Shown: piece after piece, positions 1 through 12,000 of the stretch
Layout of the letters: each line of letters starts with the position of its first letter
Position numbering within the stretch: the stretch's first letter is position 1
Source of the DNA: Moniliella sp. 'wahieum'
Lineage: Eukaryota
Direction of reading: 5' to 3'
Assembly: GCA_003971905.1 (NCBI GenBank)
Contig: RSEE01000119.1
Coordinates: forward strand, 1-64,000
Length of the DNA stretch: 64,000 bases
The notes under the pieces: generated by a model
What the model saw: only the letters and a program-made list of their open reading frames with translations
What the model was told of the DNA's origin: nothing
Database searches by the model: none
Program-made: the position numbers and the translations under genes

Positions 1-17
1 CCCTAACCCTAACCCTA
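1..17 (+). repeat. Telomeric repeat (CCCTAA)n, left chromosome end (truncated, ~3 units)
   Basis: Window begins ccctaaccctaacccta, the C-strand of the canonical TTAGGG fungal telomere. Confidence 0.9.
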
Positions 18-150
18 GGGGAGGGCCGAGGGTAGATAGCGAGCTACCCGAAGGGGAGAGAGTATGCCGAGGCGATAGCTCGCTATAAAATCGTCCGCTC
101 TATGCAGCATATGCCTCCGTTTTCCCATCCGACGCCCGTTCAAAAGTTAC

Positions 151-272
151 ACCCACCCCACCCTAACCCTAACCCCCCTCACCCACCCCACCCTAACCCT
201 CACCCCCTCACCCACACCCACCCTCACCCCCCTCACCCACCCCACCCTAACCCTCACCCCCCTCACCCACCA
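151..272 (+). repeat. Subtelomeric telomere-derived minisatellite, ~30-bp unit ACCCACCCCACCCTAACCCT(A/C)ACCCCCCTC, ~4 copies
   Basis: Units at 151-180, 181-209, 210-234 (shortened), 235-264 and a partial copy; they contain CCCTAA and CCCTCA variants. Confidence 0.85.
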
Positions 273-639
273 CCATGCCTGACACACACACCACCACCCG
301 TGACACACCAAGACCAGGCGTCGGATCAGAGTGAGAGTGGTAGGGGTGGATAGCTACAGCCTTGGGCTACTCAAACTAACTCACTCCCGTGGTCTTCCAG
401 TCAAAAGTTGTCTCAACCCTGAATGGGTGGGGTGGGCATGCCCTTGTAAAAATAGCGCGCCTGCGGAGCAAGAAAGAACGAAAAGAGGGAAAAAAAGAGG
501 GAAGACTGCGTGAGCGGCGCCGGACGCTCTATCAGGTTTGAGCCATACCCTTTTACTCCTCCCGTTTTTCAGTGCTGTTTACCCCGCTCCGAGCACCCCG
601 AAACCCTACTCACACCAGCTCGCTCCACTGCGGCGAGTA

Positions 640-895
640 TCCCCCTCGGGTCTCCCTAGGGCCCCCCCTAGGGTTCTCCCTTAGTCGATTCTCCCTCCCT
701 CCTCCCCTGTACTCTCTCCCCCTGGGGTATGCCCCCACTAGGGTTGCCCCTTGTGTATTCTCCCTCCCTCCTCCCTGTGTCCCCCAGGGTTGCCCCTTGG
801 TGTATTCTCCCCTCTGCCCCCCCCTCTGTCCTCCTACTGGGTATGCCCCAGTACGGTTCCCCCCCTCAACACCCTCCCCCCATTACCCCCCCTCC
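640..895 (+). repeat. Degenerate pyrimidine-rich subtelomeric repeat
   Basis: Recurrent blocks TCTCCCTCCCTCCTCCC (~690, ~759), GGGTTGCCCCTTG (741, 787), GGGTATGCCCC (~725, ~839) and TGTATTCTCCC (~754, ~802). Confidence 0.65.
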
Positions 896-1379
896 AAACT
901 CAACAGGCATCCGCGGCCATAGAACTGTGAAAGCACCGCATCCCGTCCGATCTGCGAGAACCGATTTCGTCGGACCAACTGGACTTGGCCGGACCCCTTG
1001 GGCTAGTCATGGGTCACACTCGAAACGAAGTCCCTCGACAGGTGGTTGTCACATGTCGGACGGGCTAGGGGAGGATTCTTGAGACGGGCGTGGGCTTGAC
1101 CTTTGTAACACAGGTGCCAACAATGACGCCATGCCAGTGGCTTCTATCAGTAGTTGCACTGATGAGGTGGGGGTGGATATGGTGCCATCCATTGCAGAGG
1201 GGCTCTCGTACCCCTACTTCCTCCATCAACCAGTGAAACTGGCTCACATCGTTCATGTTCCCCATGTCGGTGTTGTGGCCAAGAGGGGGCTAACGTTGCC
1301 ATCAAGGCACGCTGTATCGGGGGGGGTATCTCATCCGTCCGCCTGATTGGTTCCGACAAGCCCATCTCGCCGCCGTCTT

Positions 1380-1862
1380 CCTAGCTGGCGCATTTCCTTG
1401 CCGTCTTACGGCCGCGTTGTTGATGCACTTCCATGCTGCTGCCCCGTACGACATTGGCACAGCTATAGCCGCTATGCGTTCATCATGTACGAAGCCACCC
1501 ATGCCTTGCCTGCTGTGATGAACTGACCAGTGCGCTAAACAGGTGCAAATACGCTTGATGGAGCCGAATAGCTGACGCAATAAGCAAGGGATCGCCCTTG
1601 TAGCTGCAGAGGGTTTCTCTCCGCAGCAGATCATCCTCCGCTCCAGATTAAACCTGCCGGGGAAGAGACGGCGGAGACAGTACTGAAGCACTTCTCTTTG
1701 GCAAGGCAGGTCTGCCCTTTCTTCAAGGCCCGACGACAGCTGACGACACACCGCTCCTGTCGCTGCCCCCAAGACGGACAAGGGAGCAACGAGCCGGTTT
1801 GCCCATTGCCACATTGGGCGCAACCAGCTTGCCGAAAATGGAACCTCGCACCTATGGTCCTA
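1380..1862 (-). pseudogene. Possible C-terminal Cys-rich remnant of a telomere-linked RecQ helicase (TLH-like)
   Basis: Manual minus-strand translation across frameshifts gives GCAQCGNG..LLPCP..KEKCF.YCL..CSYKGDPLL..GWLR. This resembles my recollection of the CxxC/CFxC/CxY/WL pattern of TLH C-termini. Orientation towards the telomere is typical of TLH genes. No helicase core is present. Confidence 0.4.
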
Positions 1863-1863
1863 G

Positions 1864-2568
1864 TTGTCGGCGGGCGTGATCAGTGCGCGGGCGTGCTTGC
1901 GGCAGAGCCAGGCGCAGACGGGGTGCAGGCTGGTGCTCGACCGCACCTCGGGGCCAGAGCAGTGGAACATTGAGCTGGGGTTTCGCGATTTTTACGGGCA
2001 TGTGCTAGCAGCGTGGCCGCGGGTGACCATGGGGCGCGCGTTTGTGCAGCGGTACGAGGCGGTGGTGTGGGAGGAGGACGAGGCTGGGCTGCAGGCGTGG
2101 AAGGAGGGCCGGACGGGCTACCTGATCATGGACGCGTGCGTGCGGCAGTGCAACGCGCAAGGCGCGATGCACAACCGCGGGCGCATGATCGCCGCCGCGT
2201 TCCTCAGCAAGCATCTGATGCTGCACTGGCGGCGAGGCGAGCAGTACTTTATGCGCAACTTCATCGACGGCAACCTCGTGGCCAACACCGGCGGCTGGCA
2301 GTGGGCCGCGTCGACGGGGACGGACGCGCAGCCCTACTTCTGCATCTTCAACCCGGTGGCGTAGTCGGAGAAGAGCGATGCGAGCAGTGCGTTCGTCCGC
2401 TGGTGGGTGCCCGAGCTGCGCAGCGTCGAGGGCGCAACGATCCACATGCCCTACGAGCAGCTGCCGCGCGCGGTCTTTGCCAAGCTCGGCTACCCGGCAC
2501 CGATTGTCGACCACCGGCACGCCCGCGAGCGCGCGCTGTGCCGCTTCCAGACGCCGGGCCGGCGGTAG
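1864..2568 (+). pseudogene. phr1: DNA photolyase/cryptochrome FAD-binding domain, 5'-truncated, with internal stop
   Basis: LSAGVISARAC..ELGFRDFY..WKEGRTGYLIMDA..MHNRGRM..GGWQWAASTGTDAQPYFCIFNP*..WVPEL..YPAPIVDH. In-frame TAG at 2362-2364; N-terminal domain missing. Confidence 0.9.
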
Positions 2569-4061
2569 TAGCAGCCGCACTGGTTAGGGGGCGCTGGTCA
2601 CCTGACCTGACCCACCCGGTACGTCCTCGCCAGATTAAACATCTCGCCAAGCAAAGGCAAGTTCTGAGGACTATTATAAAGGCATAGATTGAGTCTTTGG
2701 CAGGCTTTTGTCGCCAAGTTGTGTCGATGAAGAAGGGGACGCGCATGTGCAAATTGCCTCGCAAACCCGAGGAAAGAGGGTCAGGCCTGAGGCTGTGCGA
2801 CCTGCAGGATGAGAAGCTGAGCTGGTGCTGATTGTTCCTCGTGATGTGCTTGGTCGCAGTGCCCGCCTCTCTCTGGGCTTACCGACTCAGGATGGGCATG
2901 ATGATACCTGTATGTGGTTCATTTCCTTCTGCGGTGGCCCAAGTTGCTGGCATTTCGCATTGTGGTGAGTAGGCGGCTCGACCCGTCAATGGCACCATCA
3001 GGACTCTATTGAGAGCATGGCGCGGCCCGAAAATGGTGAGGCTAATCCACAATCAGGCTGGTGACCAAGCCCTGGTAGATCGGACGAGGGGCAGGATGTG
3101 CTCGTCCACTTGTTCGGAAGGTCTTGCCTATGAGGCACGTTCGTTTGGTTGATGACGCTGGCTTGCACCTTGAGTGACCGCGCTAACGGGTTCCCTGCGC
3201 GTTATTAGTACGTTTATCTCCCAAGCGGCCTGCATGTAATGCATGAGATCTAGAAGGCTAGCCATACCACACACATCTATATTCAGTCTCACCCCAGTCC
3301 ATCCGATTTGTAGCACTGATCTCGACGTCAATTGTCACAACGGCTGTTTAGTCGATCTGCGTTTTATGTTCCAAGAACTGCGCTCTCGCTCGCTACCCCA
3401 TGCAGTACTCTCTTGGAGCGCAACCATGCTCGGGCTCACCAAAAGGGACAAAAGAAGGGCCCGGGCGAGGGAACCACAGAATGCGACCCACTGCTGGTGC
3501 CCCCGGCCACTTTCCTCCGATGCCCATGTCCCGGAATCGTCGGCCTTGATCCAGGTAGTAGGGCTGGGCACGCCTGCGTCTGATGTCGAGGAGAATGGGA
3601 TGCGGACATTCCTTTCCTCAAGAGTGATTTTGGGACGTGCCTGACAAACCTCAAGCTCGGTGGGACTGTCGCCCATGAGGATGATCACCGACCATCGGTC
3701 ATGCGCATGTGGCCAGCGCATGAAGCTCTTCATCTGCTTCAACCTGGCCGTTTGATTGTGGCCGTTTCCACCACGATCCCGTTGGCTTGCTATAATCGCA
3801 CCGAACACCAAACGCACAGTATGAAACATCACATATCCAGGGTCCGTTCTGAAACCGAAAGCACCAGTTGAGCTGCAAGGCGGGCAGGGAAGGAACGGTC
3901 GAGAGAAGAGAGAAGGCCATTGGCAAACAAGAAGGGAGTATGTCTATCAGAAGATGCAGGAACCGGCGAGGCAAGCAACGTCGTGTAGCGGCCAGCGCGA
4001 CGTTGCCGAAAGATAGGTAAATAGCGGCGGGACCAACCGTCTTCCCCCACCTGTTAGCGGC

Positions 4062-5042
4062 TTATGTCGACAAGGACGGTTTGCGTCGCTTCAGCTTCGA
4101 GAAGAAGCTGGCCGAGCGGGATAAGGCCGAGCCTCCTTCGAGAGAAGACGAGGGAACCTGCTGGGTCGCTGCCCGAGCTGGGTTAGAGGGAGGTGGGCTG
4201 GATTGGAACTTGACGCGTCCTTCCCGCTCCTCCTCCTTCCTGAACCGGCGCATGACCGAGCGGGAGCGTTTCGGTACATCGCTCGTCTGTGTTGTTGGCG
4301 GGGGCTGAGTAGCAACGCGTGCGGGGCCCTTGCCGCCTGTCAGGATCGTCTCCAGGTCCAAGGCGGAGGAGGCAGCCGAGGCAGTGAGGTACGGCTGCGG
4401 AGGCGCGAGGTGCTTAGGTGCATGCAGCAAAGTCTTGCCACGGCTCCTCACTCACGCCCCACACATCCGCGTTGAGGCTGGCCACACTTGGCGTGGCGGG
4501 GGGTGGTGGCGTGGGTAGCTCCTCGCCGTGGAAGGCAAGGACGGGGGCGGGGTGGCGTGGCGGTTGCGGTGGGCCGAGACGGCGTCGTAGGGCGAGTCGT
4601 GGTGGAAGAGCGAGCTGCCGCCCAATGCCGACGCATCCATCTGGTCAATCACGTCCATCCGCGTCGCCTGCTTGCTTGCCGCGCCTCGTCATGCTGCGTG
4701 CCATTTCGGTCACGGGGCGGTCTGAGTGGGCCGGGCGGGGGCGCTGGTCTGTCTGCACGACGCCTGCACGGCATCCTTCGAGCCTGGCGGAGAGGAGGGT
4801 GAGTATCCAGCGTCGGTGCGTGCGCAACGGGGGGGGGACGCACTGCGGCGGGGCATGGCGGGGGGGAGCGGGGGAGGCAGGGCAGGCGGAGGTGGTGGCG
4901 GAGCAGATGGGAGCGAGCGGGCAGCGCGGCGCTCGGAGCGGCCCAAGCGGAGGCAGACGTGGCGCGTGCGAGCAACCGCACCACGGGGCGCCTGCGTGCT
5001 CACACTGCCCCCGCGCTGCCTTCCCCGCAGGGGGGATGCCAT
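4062..5042 (-). CDS. Pal1-family cell morphology/endocytic protein (frameshifted in assembly)
   Basis: Pal1 signature DVIDQMDASALGGSSLFHHDSPYDAVSAHRN at ~4658-4566, Pro-rich N-terminus, C-terminus LSRSASFFSKLKRRK. Confidence 0.8.
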
Positions 5043-5105
5043 CGATCAGATGGGCCAGACGCGGGCACGGCGCGCGTGTGCTGTCTCAGCGCGGCGCCCA
5101 AGGCG

Positions 5106-5215
5106 GGTGACCGGTGAGTACTGAGTACTGAGTGGCCTTCCGCCGGCCGCCGCCCACGCACAGGGGCAGTGCCTGCGGGACTATGCACCACGGCTTACTG
5201 GTGTGACATGTGACA
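5106..5215. repeat. TNA-palindrome heptad arrays upstream of Pal1
   Basis: GG TGA CCGG TGA GTAC TGA GTAC TGA GT (5106-5133) and TG TGA CATG TGA CA (5202-5215). Confidence 0.85.
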
Positions 5216-6925
5216 GGGTGCCCTGGCCTGCACTGGCCGACACTGGCCACGCTCGGTTGCTCACATGCACAACACGTCACGCGCCTCACGCGCCATGCAC
5301 CATGGCCAGCCCGATGGGAACCCTAGCGGTCTCGAGGGGGACACATGGGCGCATTCGCCAAGCTTCTAGCTCTGTCGCTGCCCATCCTGACGCCACACAC
5401 CAAGTGACAACCAAACGACAGCGCCTTGCTACGTCGGTGCCAAGCCCCCGTCATCCCCATCGCACAAATCCAGAAAGGGGAAAGAGCGGGAAAGCGGGAT
5501 GGGGGGCGTACTGGGTCGTCCCCTCTTTATCAAACTCCGCCATTTGCCCACATCCAAGACTGGCTGGGGCACAGTAAGTAATTGTACAATGGTACACGAT
5601 AAACCAACACCATGACCGTGTCCATGGTCCTCACAGCCAAGACGCGCGCCATGGGGAAGGGGGAGGACTGAAGCCGCCGCATCCGGGCGTAACGCTTGTC
5701 TTGGTAGCCGGGATTGAAGAACCGTTGCATGATTCCCGCCGGGTACGGCGCCTATGACGCCACATGAAACTTCGCCATGACGCGCATGACGAGGCGGACA
5801 ACCGATCTTATCTTTGATGGGCGTACCCAGGCCAGGCCGCCCCCTCAGCATTTCAGGAGTGCCCAAGCCCTTGGCGGGTCAAGGCTTGGCTCTTGGGAAC
5901 TTCCTGCTTTCGGGCGTAATTAAGGATGGATCCGAGGGTTAGCTGGAAATTGAAGCTGGGAGACTGGAATGTGGGGAGACGAAACAGGGAGAGGAAGCAA
6001 TTGCCTGAAGTGATCCATTGAAGGAGGAGGAGGCACCGAGGAGGAGGCACCAATGGACCAGGGGAGAAAGCCCACCATCTATTCTGATCAGGCATAGGCG
6101 AGTCCAAAAGGGCACAACACAGTAGAGGGGGACGGGGTGGGGTGGTAAAGACAAATAGAGGGTTGGGAGTGGCCACCGAGAAGGCAGACTTATCGCGTAC
6201 AGTAAGTGTATGGAAGCAAACGGGCAAGCTACGCTGATTTTTCCAAAATCGGAACTCTGTGCGACTTCAGACGAACAGGCAATAAAACAACTAGAAACGC
6301 TTGGGTCCGCTAAGCTCATTAGTAGGCTGTCTTCACCCGCTGCAGATAATAAGCAGCACTGCAAAAGAGTGCATGGTCTTGGTTTGCACGACCCGTCGTC
6401 CTGTCGTCTGTCATTGGAATCGACACGTTTCCGGCATCATGATTGAAACCCCCTCCTTTTGGAGCACCCTAACTGATCGAAAGGTGGTGAGAGGGGTACT
6501 CTATGGGCTTATTGTGGCCCAGCCGCCCCTCTAAAGTTGGTCATTTCGTCCTTGCTGACGCAAGTTCGTTGGGCGCAGCGCTGGCACCTCGAGGATGAAC
6601 ATGGTTGGTGCCGTGCCTCCGACTACCTAAGCTTGCAGAAGGATGGAGTGTCGACACCATCTACGGAGGTGTGGGGCCACAGTACTAGAGTGAGGGAGAC
6701 AAAAGTGTTTTGAAGCTGATCTCGTTCATCTCATCTGCGCCTGAGCTGGACAAGGGTGGCCGTTGTCTCAACATTTCAAAATACCCGGGCGGAACTCGGG
6801 GCAGGCGGCATGCCACCAGCGGGCCATTCATTCCGCCCCGCCGCAACCAGCTGATCTGTTCCTCGGCACAAACATGGGATCAAAGGGATCGCGCTGCGGG
6901 TTTCAAGCTTGCCACCACCACCGCC

Positions 6926-8529
6926 ATGGCTGATTTCGACGACGAGCTTCTGCGTCTTGCGGGCGGCGGAGAGCAGGCGCGTGCGCGCTCCCGCTCCCCC
7001 GGGAGTGATATGCACGGCAGCAGCGATGGTTATGGTGCTCATGACGGGAGCGATGCCGAGGCAGACGACGTGGACCGTACCCTTACTCGGCATCTACAAG
7101 GATGAGGACGACCGCGAGTACATTGACGAGCTCCCCGAGTTGGAGCGCGAGGAGATTCTGCTTCTCGTCGGGACGAGAAGAGCAAGCGGGAACAAAAAGC
7201 GCTCGCTGTTGGCCATGTACCAGACGCAGCAAGGCCAAGGGCACGATTCTGAGACGAAGCGCAAGTCGGCCAAGCGTCGGGCTGAGTTCAACTCGGATGA
7301 GGAGACGGAGAGCGAGCGCGAATCAGAGTACGAGGATCCCGAAGAAGCGTCGTCTCGCCTCGGCGGCCAGCAAGCGAGACAAGCTCAAGCAGCTCTCGGC
7401 CCGAGCCAAAGCGAAGAAGGCAGGTCCGGCCGAAGCCAGTTCGGAGGAGGAGCCGGTGCGGCGGGGATATGCCTCGTCGGACTCGGAATCGGATTATGAG
7501 TACAGACGTCCAACCCAGCGCAAGCGCCATGGCAGTGTCGGTACCAGCGATGATGACGAATGGGACGCGATCACTCAGCCACCACCGCTGGAGGCCCTGA
7601 ACGCACTCAAGCTCGATCGCCAACTGGTGATCAACGTGATGCACCGCCAGGGATGGGAGGCATTCCTGCGGCACAAGTTATCAGATTCCCTGGGGTCGGG
7701 GTCCGAGATTGTGATGAAAGTGGTCATCGGTGGTGGATAGCCATGGCCGACCCGAGGAGGTGTTCCGCATCCACGAAGTCGAGGGCGTGAGCCATGGAGA
7801 TGAGTACTATGAGTTGGCGCCAGGCAAGGCAACCAATGTGCGGATTCAAATCCGCCTATTTGGGGAGAAGAAGACGGTGGATTTGCGCTATGTGTCCAAC
7901 CGCCCCTTTACCCAATCTGAGGTGGACCGATGGGCGGCTCCATTCGCGGAGTCCGCGGCCGGTTTCCCAGTGTGGGTGCAATGCGCGGAGCGGAGGAGCG
8001 GATGATTGCGTATCGCGACAAGGCGCAGACGCCAGAGGAGATCCGAGCCTTGCTCAAGAACAAAAAAGAGGCTCTGGCTGCCTTCAAGGCGCAGCACCAA
8101 AAACCGAGGAAAGGATCCGCGCGCGGCGCCTGGTCCGCCGCCACCGCCGCCGGCCAGTGTGGCGGCACAGGGAGTGAAGAAAACGAGCCGGGCGGAGGAG
8201 GCGCTGGCCCACGCGAACGGGCGGCACGGCAAGGCAGACAATGCGCGTCTGGCAGACGCGGAGAGGCGACAAGCGGGCGGCAAGATCGCAGGCGCCGAGC
8301 CAGTCGCAGAGCCAGTCGCAGAGCCTGGGCCAGGCGCCGCAGCCGCTGGACATGCCGCGCCCGGCGGGGCAACGGCTCGGGCTGAGTGCTGCTGCCCGAG
8401 GGGCTGAAGGCGCAGCTGACGGCGATGGTGGACAAGGCGCAGGATGCGTATGCGATGGCGCTGGCGGTGGGTGGATGTGGGCTCGGGGTGAGGCTGGCCG
8501 GTCTGGATCTGGAGCGCGACTATGAATGA
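6926..8529 (+). CDS. RTF1: RNA polymerase II-associated PAF1 complex subunit Rtf1 (Plus3 domain)
   Basis: MADFDDELLRLAG; HMD-like YKDEDDREYIDELPELEREEIL; Plus3-like LEALNALKLDR..FRIHEV..YVSNRPFTQSEVDRW. Several frameshifts. Confidence 0.88.
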
Positions 8530-8730
8530 ATCGAGCTGCGTGACGTGTGCATCGAAGGCGGGCAGGAGTGCGGCGGGGGTTGCTAGTTACTATTACAATC
8601 GAGCCAACACTGAAAGTGGTAGAAAAGCAGGGGAGGCGCAGCGACGAAGCGTGACGCGCGGCGCGCGAAGCGAGAGGTATACGAGGGGGACAGGTGATGA
8701 ATGCGTGAAGGTGGGTGGGTGGTGGCGGGG

Positions 8731-8878
8731 GGCAGTGTGGGGCGTGGCGCGGCGGGCGGGCAGGGCGGCAGTGTGTGGCGGGGCGAGGGCAGTGCCGGGG
8801 AGTGCTGGGGAGTGCTGGGGGGTGCCGGCGGTGCCTGGCAGTGCCTGGCAGTGTCGGGCAGTGCGTGGCAGTGCGTGG
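8731..8878 (+). repeat. Degenerate GGCAGTGC(C/T) ~10-bp repeat tract upstream of the Sec7-like gene
   Basis: Repeated ggcagtgt/ggcagtgcc/ggagtgctg units in a G-rich intergenic stretch. Confidence 0.6.
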
Positions 8879-9089
8879 GCGTGCTGGGCCAGCCGCTTCC
8901 GCCGACGCTTCCGCTCCGACGCCGGCTGGGCGGCTGGTCTGCTGGCTGGTCTGGCGCCACACCGTCCACATCCATCCGCTCCGGCGCCCGCCGCATCCAC
9001 TCCACCCGCGCCTTCGTCGTCCCCGCCACCCTCGCCGTCGCCGTCGCCACCCCCTCCCCCTCCCCCCCCCCCCCCGCCTGCGCTGCGCG

Positions 9090-12000
9090 ATGCCTCCCTC
9101 CTCGCCGCCGCCCAGCGGCGAGCCTGCGGCAGACACCGCGCTCCGCTCCCACGCCATCGCCAGCCTCCGCCGCGCCGCCTCCCACCGCACCCCCGCCCGC
9201 CCCCGCCCCCGTCCCGTCCCCTTTCCCCCCAGCGGCCCCAGCGGCCCCCCCACCCTCCCCACCCGCCTGGCCCACGCGCAGCGACGACACCGGTGACCAA
9301 GCAGGCGCTACCGACAACGACGACAGCGACGACGATCGTGACGAAGCGCACGACACCCGCCTGGGGATGGCCAGGCTCAGCAGGCCTATCCGCACCCACC
9401 GGCGAGGGCGACACAAACCTCCAGCTGCAAATCCAGCAGCTGCTCCAGACGCAGCAGCAGATCCAGCAGCTCCAGGCTTCGCTCCTGGCCCAGGGCCTCC
9501 CCGCCCACGTCGTCAACTACCCGTCTCCACCGGCCCCCAGGGACTCCCCTTGCTCACGACCCCGCCCGCCCCCCCTCTCACCTCCAGTCCAAACACCTTT
9601 TCCCCAGCTTAGCCCCGGCCTCTCGCCCTTGCTGGGGCTGCTCCCTTCCGGCACACTGGGCATGCCCGGATGGGTGCCGGGGTGGGGCTGGGCATTGCTG
9701 GCGCTGGCGCTGGCGTGAGCTCTGCGGACCCTTCCATTGCGCCATTGGTCACGCCTGCCCCGGTTTGGGCCTCCCCGCCGTGACCTCGCCCCCGCGCTCA
9801 CCTTGTCTGCCAACGCGTCCTTGCACCCCCTAGGAGAAAAGAGCCTCCGCAACGTAGCCCCTTGCCTTCGCTCGAGCAACTGCGTCAGCGCATCCTCAAC
9901 GAGCGCCAAAAGCAGTCTCTTCGCCGCAGCGCATCCACCTCGTCTTCGGCTCATTCCGTGGCGCGCGCACACGCCCTAGAAAAGCTGATCGGTGTCGGAG
10001 CCGGCATCAGCCAACGACGAGCCCTCCCCCACCGACCACTTAGAGGCAGGGCGCAACCGGGCCGCCGCCGAACACTTCTTGGCCAGCGGAACTTGAAGGG
10101 GACGAGGATGCATCTTTGGAGGACGAAGACGATCCGGACCGCATTGGTCGTTCCCCACGTCTTCCCCCGTTGCCGAACATTCCCCTGTCCGCTTTATCCC
10201 GTCCAGTGACTCGGACAGCGACGACAGCGAGGACGAAGATTTCCGGGGGGATGAGTTGCGGAACGAAAAGAGGGCATCGCGAATCCCTCTGTCTAAAACA
10301 TCTTTGGCACCCTCCTTGCACGAGGAGGCGCTGGAAGAGCGGGGGCGGCCGCGCTCGTCCCGCCCTATTCGCCAGAGCTCCCAAATGAGCAACGTATCAG
10401 ACCCTTCTCTCTTTCATACCCGGCCGACCTCAGACGTTCGCTCACGATTGGGGGACTGACGGCCATGGCCGAACAAGAGCACCGCGCCGCCTTTCTTGAA
10501 ACGCTCATCCAACCCGAGGAGGAGGACAGCGGCAACAGGCTCTGCCCTCGGCGCGGGACGCGGCTCGAGTGCAGCTGCTACGAAAACTTTCGGCCCGCAC
10601 GCCTTCCAACCGGATCGGTCCGGACGCAGCGCCTGTGAGTGCGACCCCACTTCCTCCGCGCCGCCCTGTACCACGCAAGGAAGCCTCAATGTCCCATCAA
10701 AGCGAAGTGAGTTCGGCCAGCACAGGAGCTAGCACAGAAGTCGGATCCGTAAGGAATGCGCGGGTTGTCCAGGTTCAACCCGTGTTGCGCACTGGTATGG
10801 CCCCTGTTTCGAGGGACATTGTGTCCTCCCCATCCGAGGGCAGCATCGTCCCGGTCATCATGGGCCCGTCAGGGGGTGCGCCCTTAGATACGGATGATTG
10901 GCCACGCTCACTCAAATCGTCCTCGGCCGTCATGCAAGGGCTGGAATCGTTGAGGACCATGACAGATGGTACGTGCGTTTCCCCTCTCAAATGATGATGA
11001 GACTGACCTAGCCGTTAGAAGACCAAGGCAATGATCCTACTGCTCGATCATCTCCAACCGAATCGCTCAATCTCGACGTGCCCCAGCGGCGGCCCGGAGT
11101 GGCCTTGCGCTCCCGTCCGCTTTCTGTCTCGCAAGACAGCAAACGATTCAGCATGTTGCGTCCTCATGACGGAAACGACTCGGAGTTGAGCGAGGTGAGC
11201 GACTCGGAGGAAGGGGATCAGCAAGGCGGGCATCCTTTACCGGAAGAAGGATCGGATCTGGCAGCGCAAGTGCCTCATTCCTCCTCCACTGCCCGGGCAC
11301 GGGCGACCGACTCCTTCTCCTCCGCAGTCGGGGATGCATCGACAGCTGCTGCACTGGCTGCTGCTACCGTGGCTGCTTCGCGGCGGGAATCTGCTCGTTC
11401 CTCAGCCTCCGCTCCCGTGCAGATGCGTCACCCCAATACCAGCACCACCTCCTCCCTCCACCACCCCCACGCAACACCCTCGATGCGTGGTTCCCCGCCT
11501 GCCTCTCCCACCGGCCGACACATTGTCCTTCCTCACAGCCGGACCCACTCGGCCACTTCGCCCTTGGCCAACGTGTTTCCCTACCATGCTCAATCTCCTC
11601 CAGCATCGCCTACGCCTCAAATCCCGCCACGTTCGCACTCGGTGGCCACAGGTACAGCCCAACCTGTGTCCTCGCCGCCAACGGGGGGCGGGTCCTGGGT
11701 GGCCAAGTCGGCGGCGCCGAAACCTGGATTGCGTCTTCCGACACCGCCGTCACCAACGGTTCACGGGCCGTATCTGCATACCTCCTCGAGATCTACCTCG
11801 CCTGGACCCGACTCTATGGGCGGGGCGCAACTTCCCCCCCAACTTATTCCAGACCCTGCCACGCATCACTCGGATCGCCCTCCCTCGCACCTAACCGCGG
11901 AACGATCACCCTCACTCTTGGGTCGGACCCAGTCGGGCCTAAAGCGATCGATTTTTGGCTCGCTGCGGAGAAAGAAAACACCCGAACCATTAAAAGTCGC

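Noticed and set aside
1131..1245. Hammerhead-ribozyme-like arrangement (GCCAG..CTGATGA..GAAACTGGC), as seen in telomeric Penelope-like elements
   Set aside because: The cleavage triplet would be GUG, stem II does not close next to GAAA, stem I is weak and there is no reverse transcriptase nearby. An imperfect inverted repeat explains it better. An Infernal search would settle it.
5530..6018. Possible small spliced gene on the minus strand (GCTAAC..CAG acceptor near 5904)
   Set aside because: No recognisable family and no consistent frame could be built, so support is insufficient.
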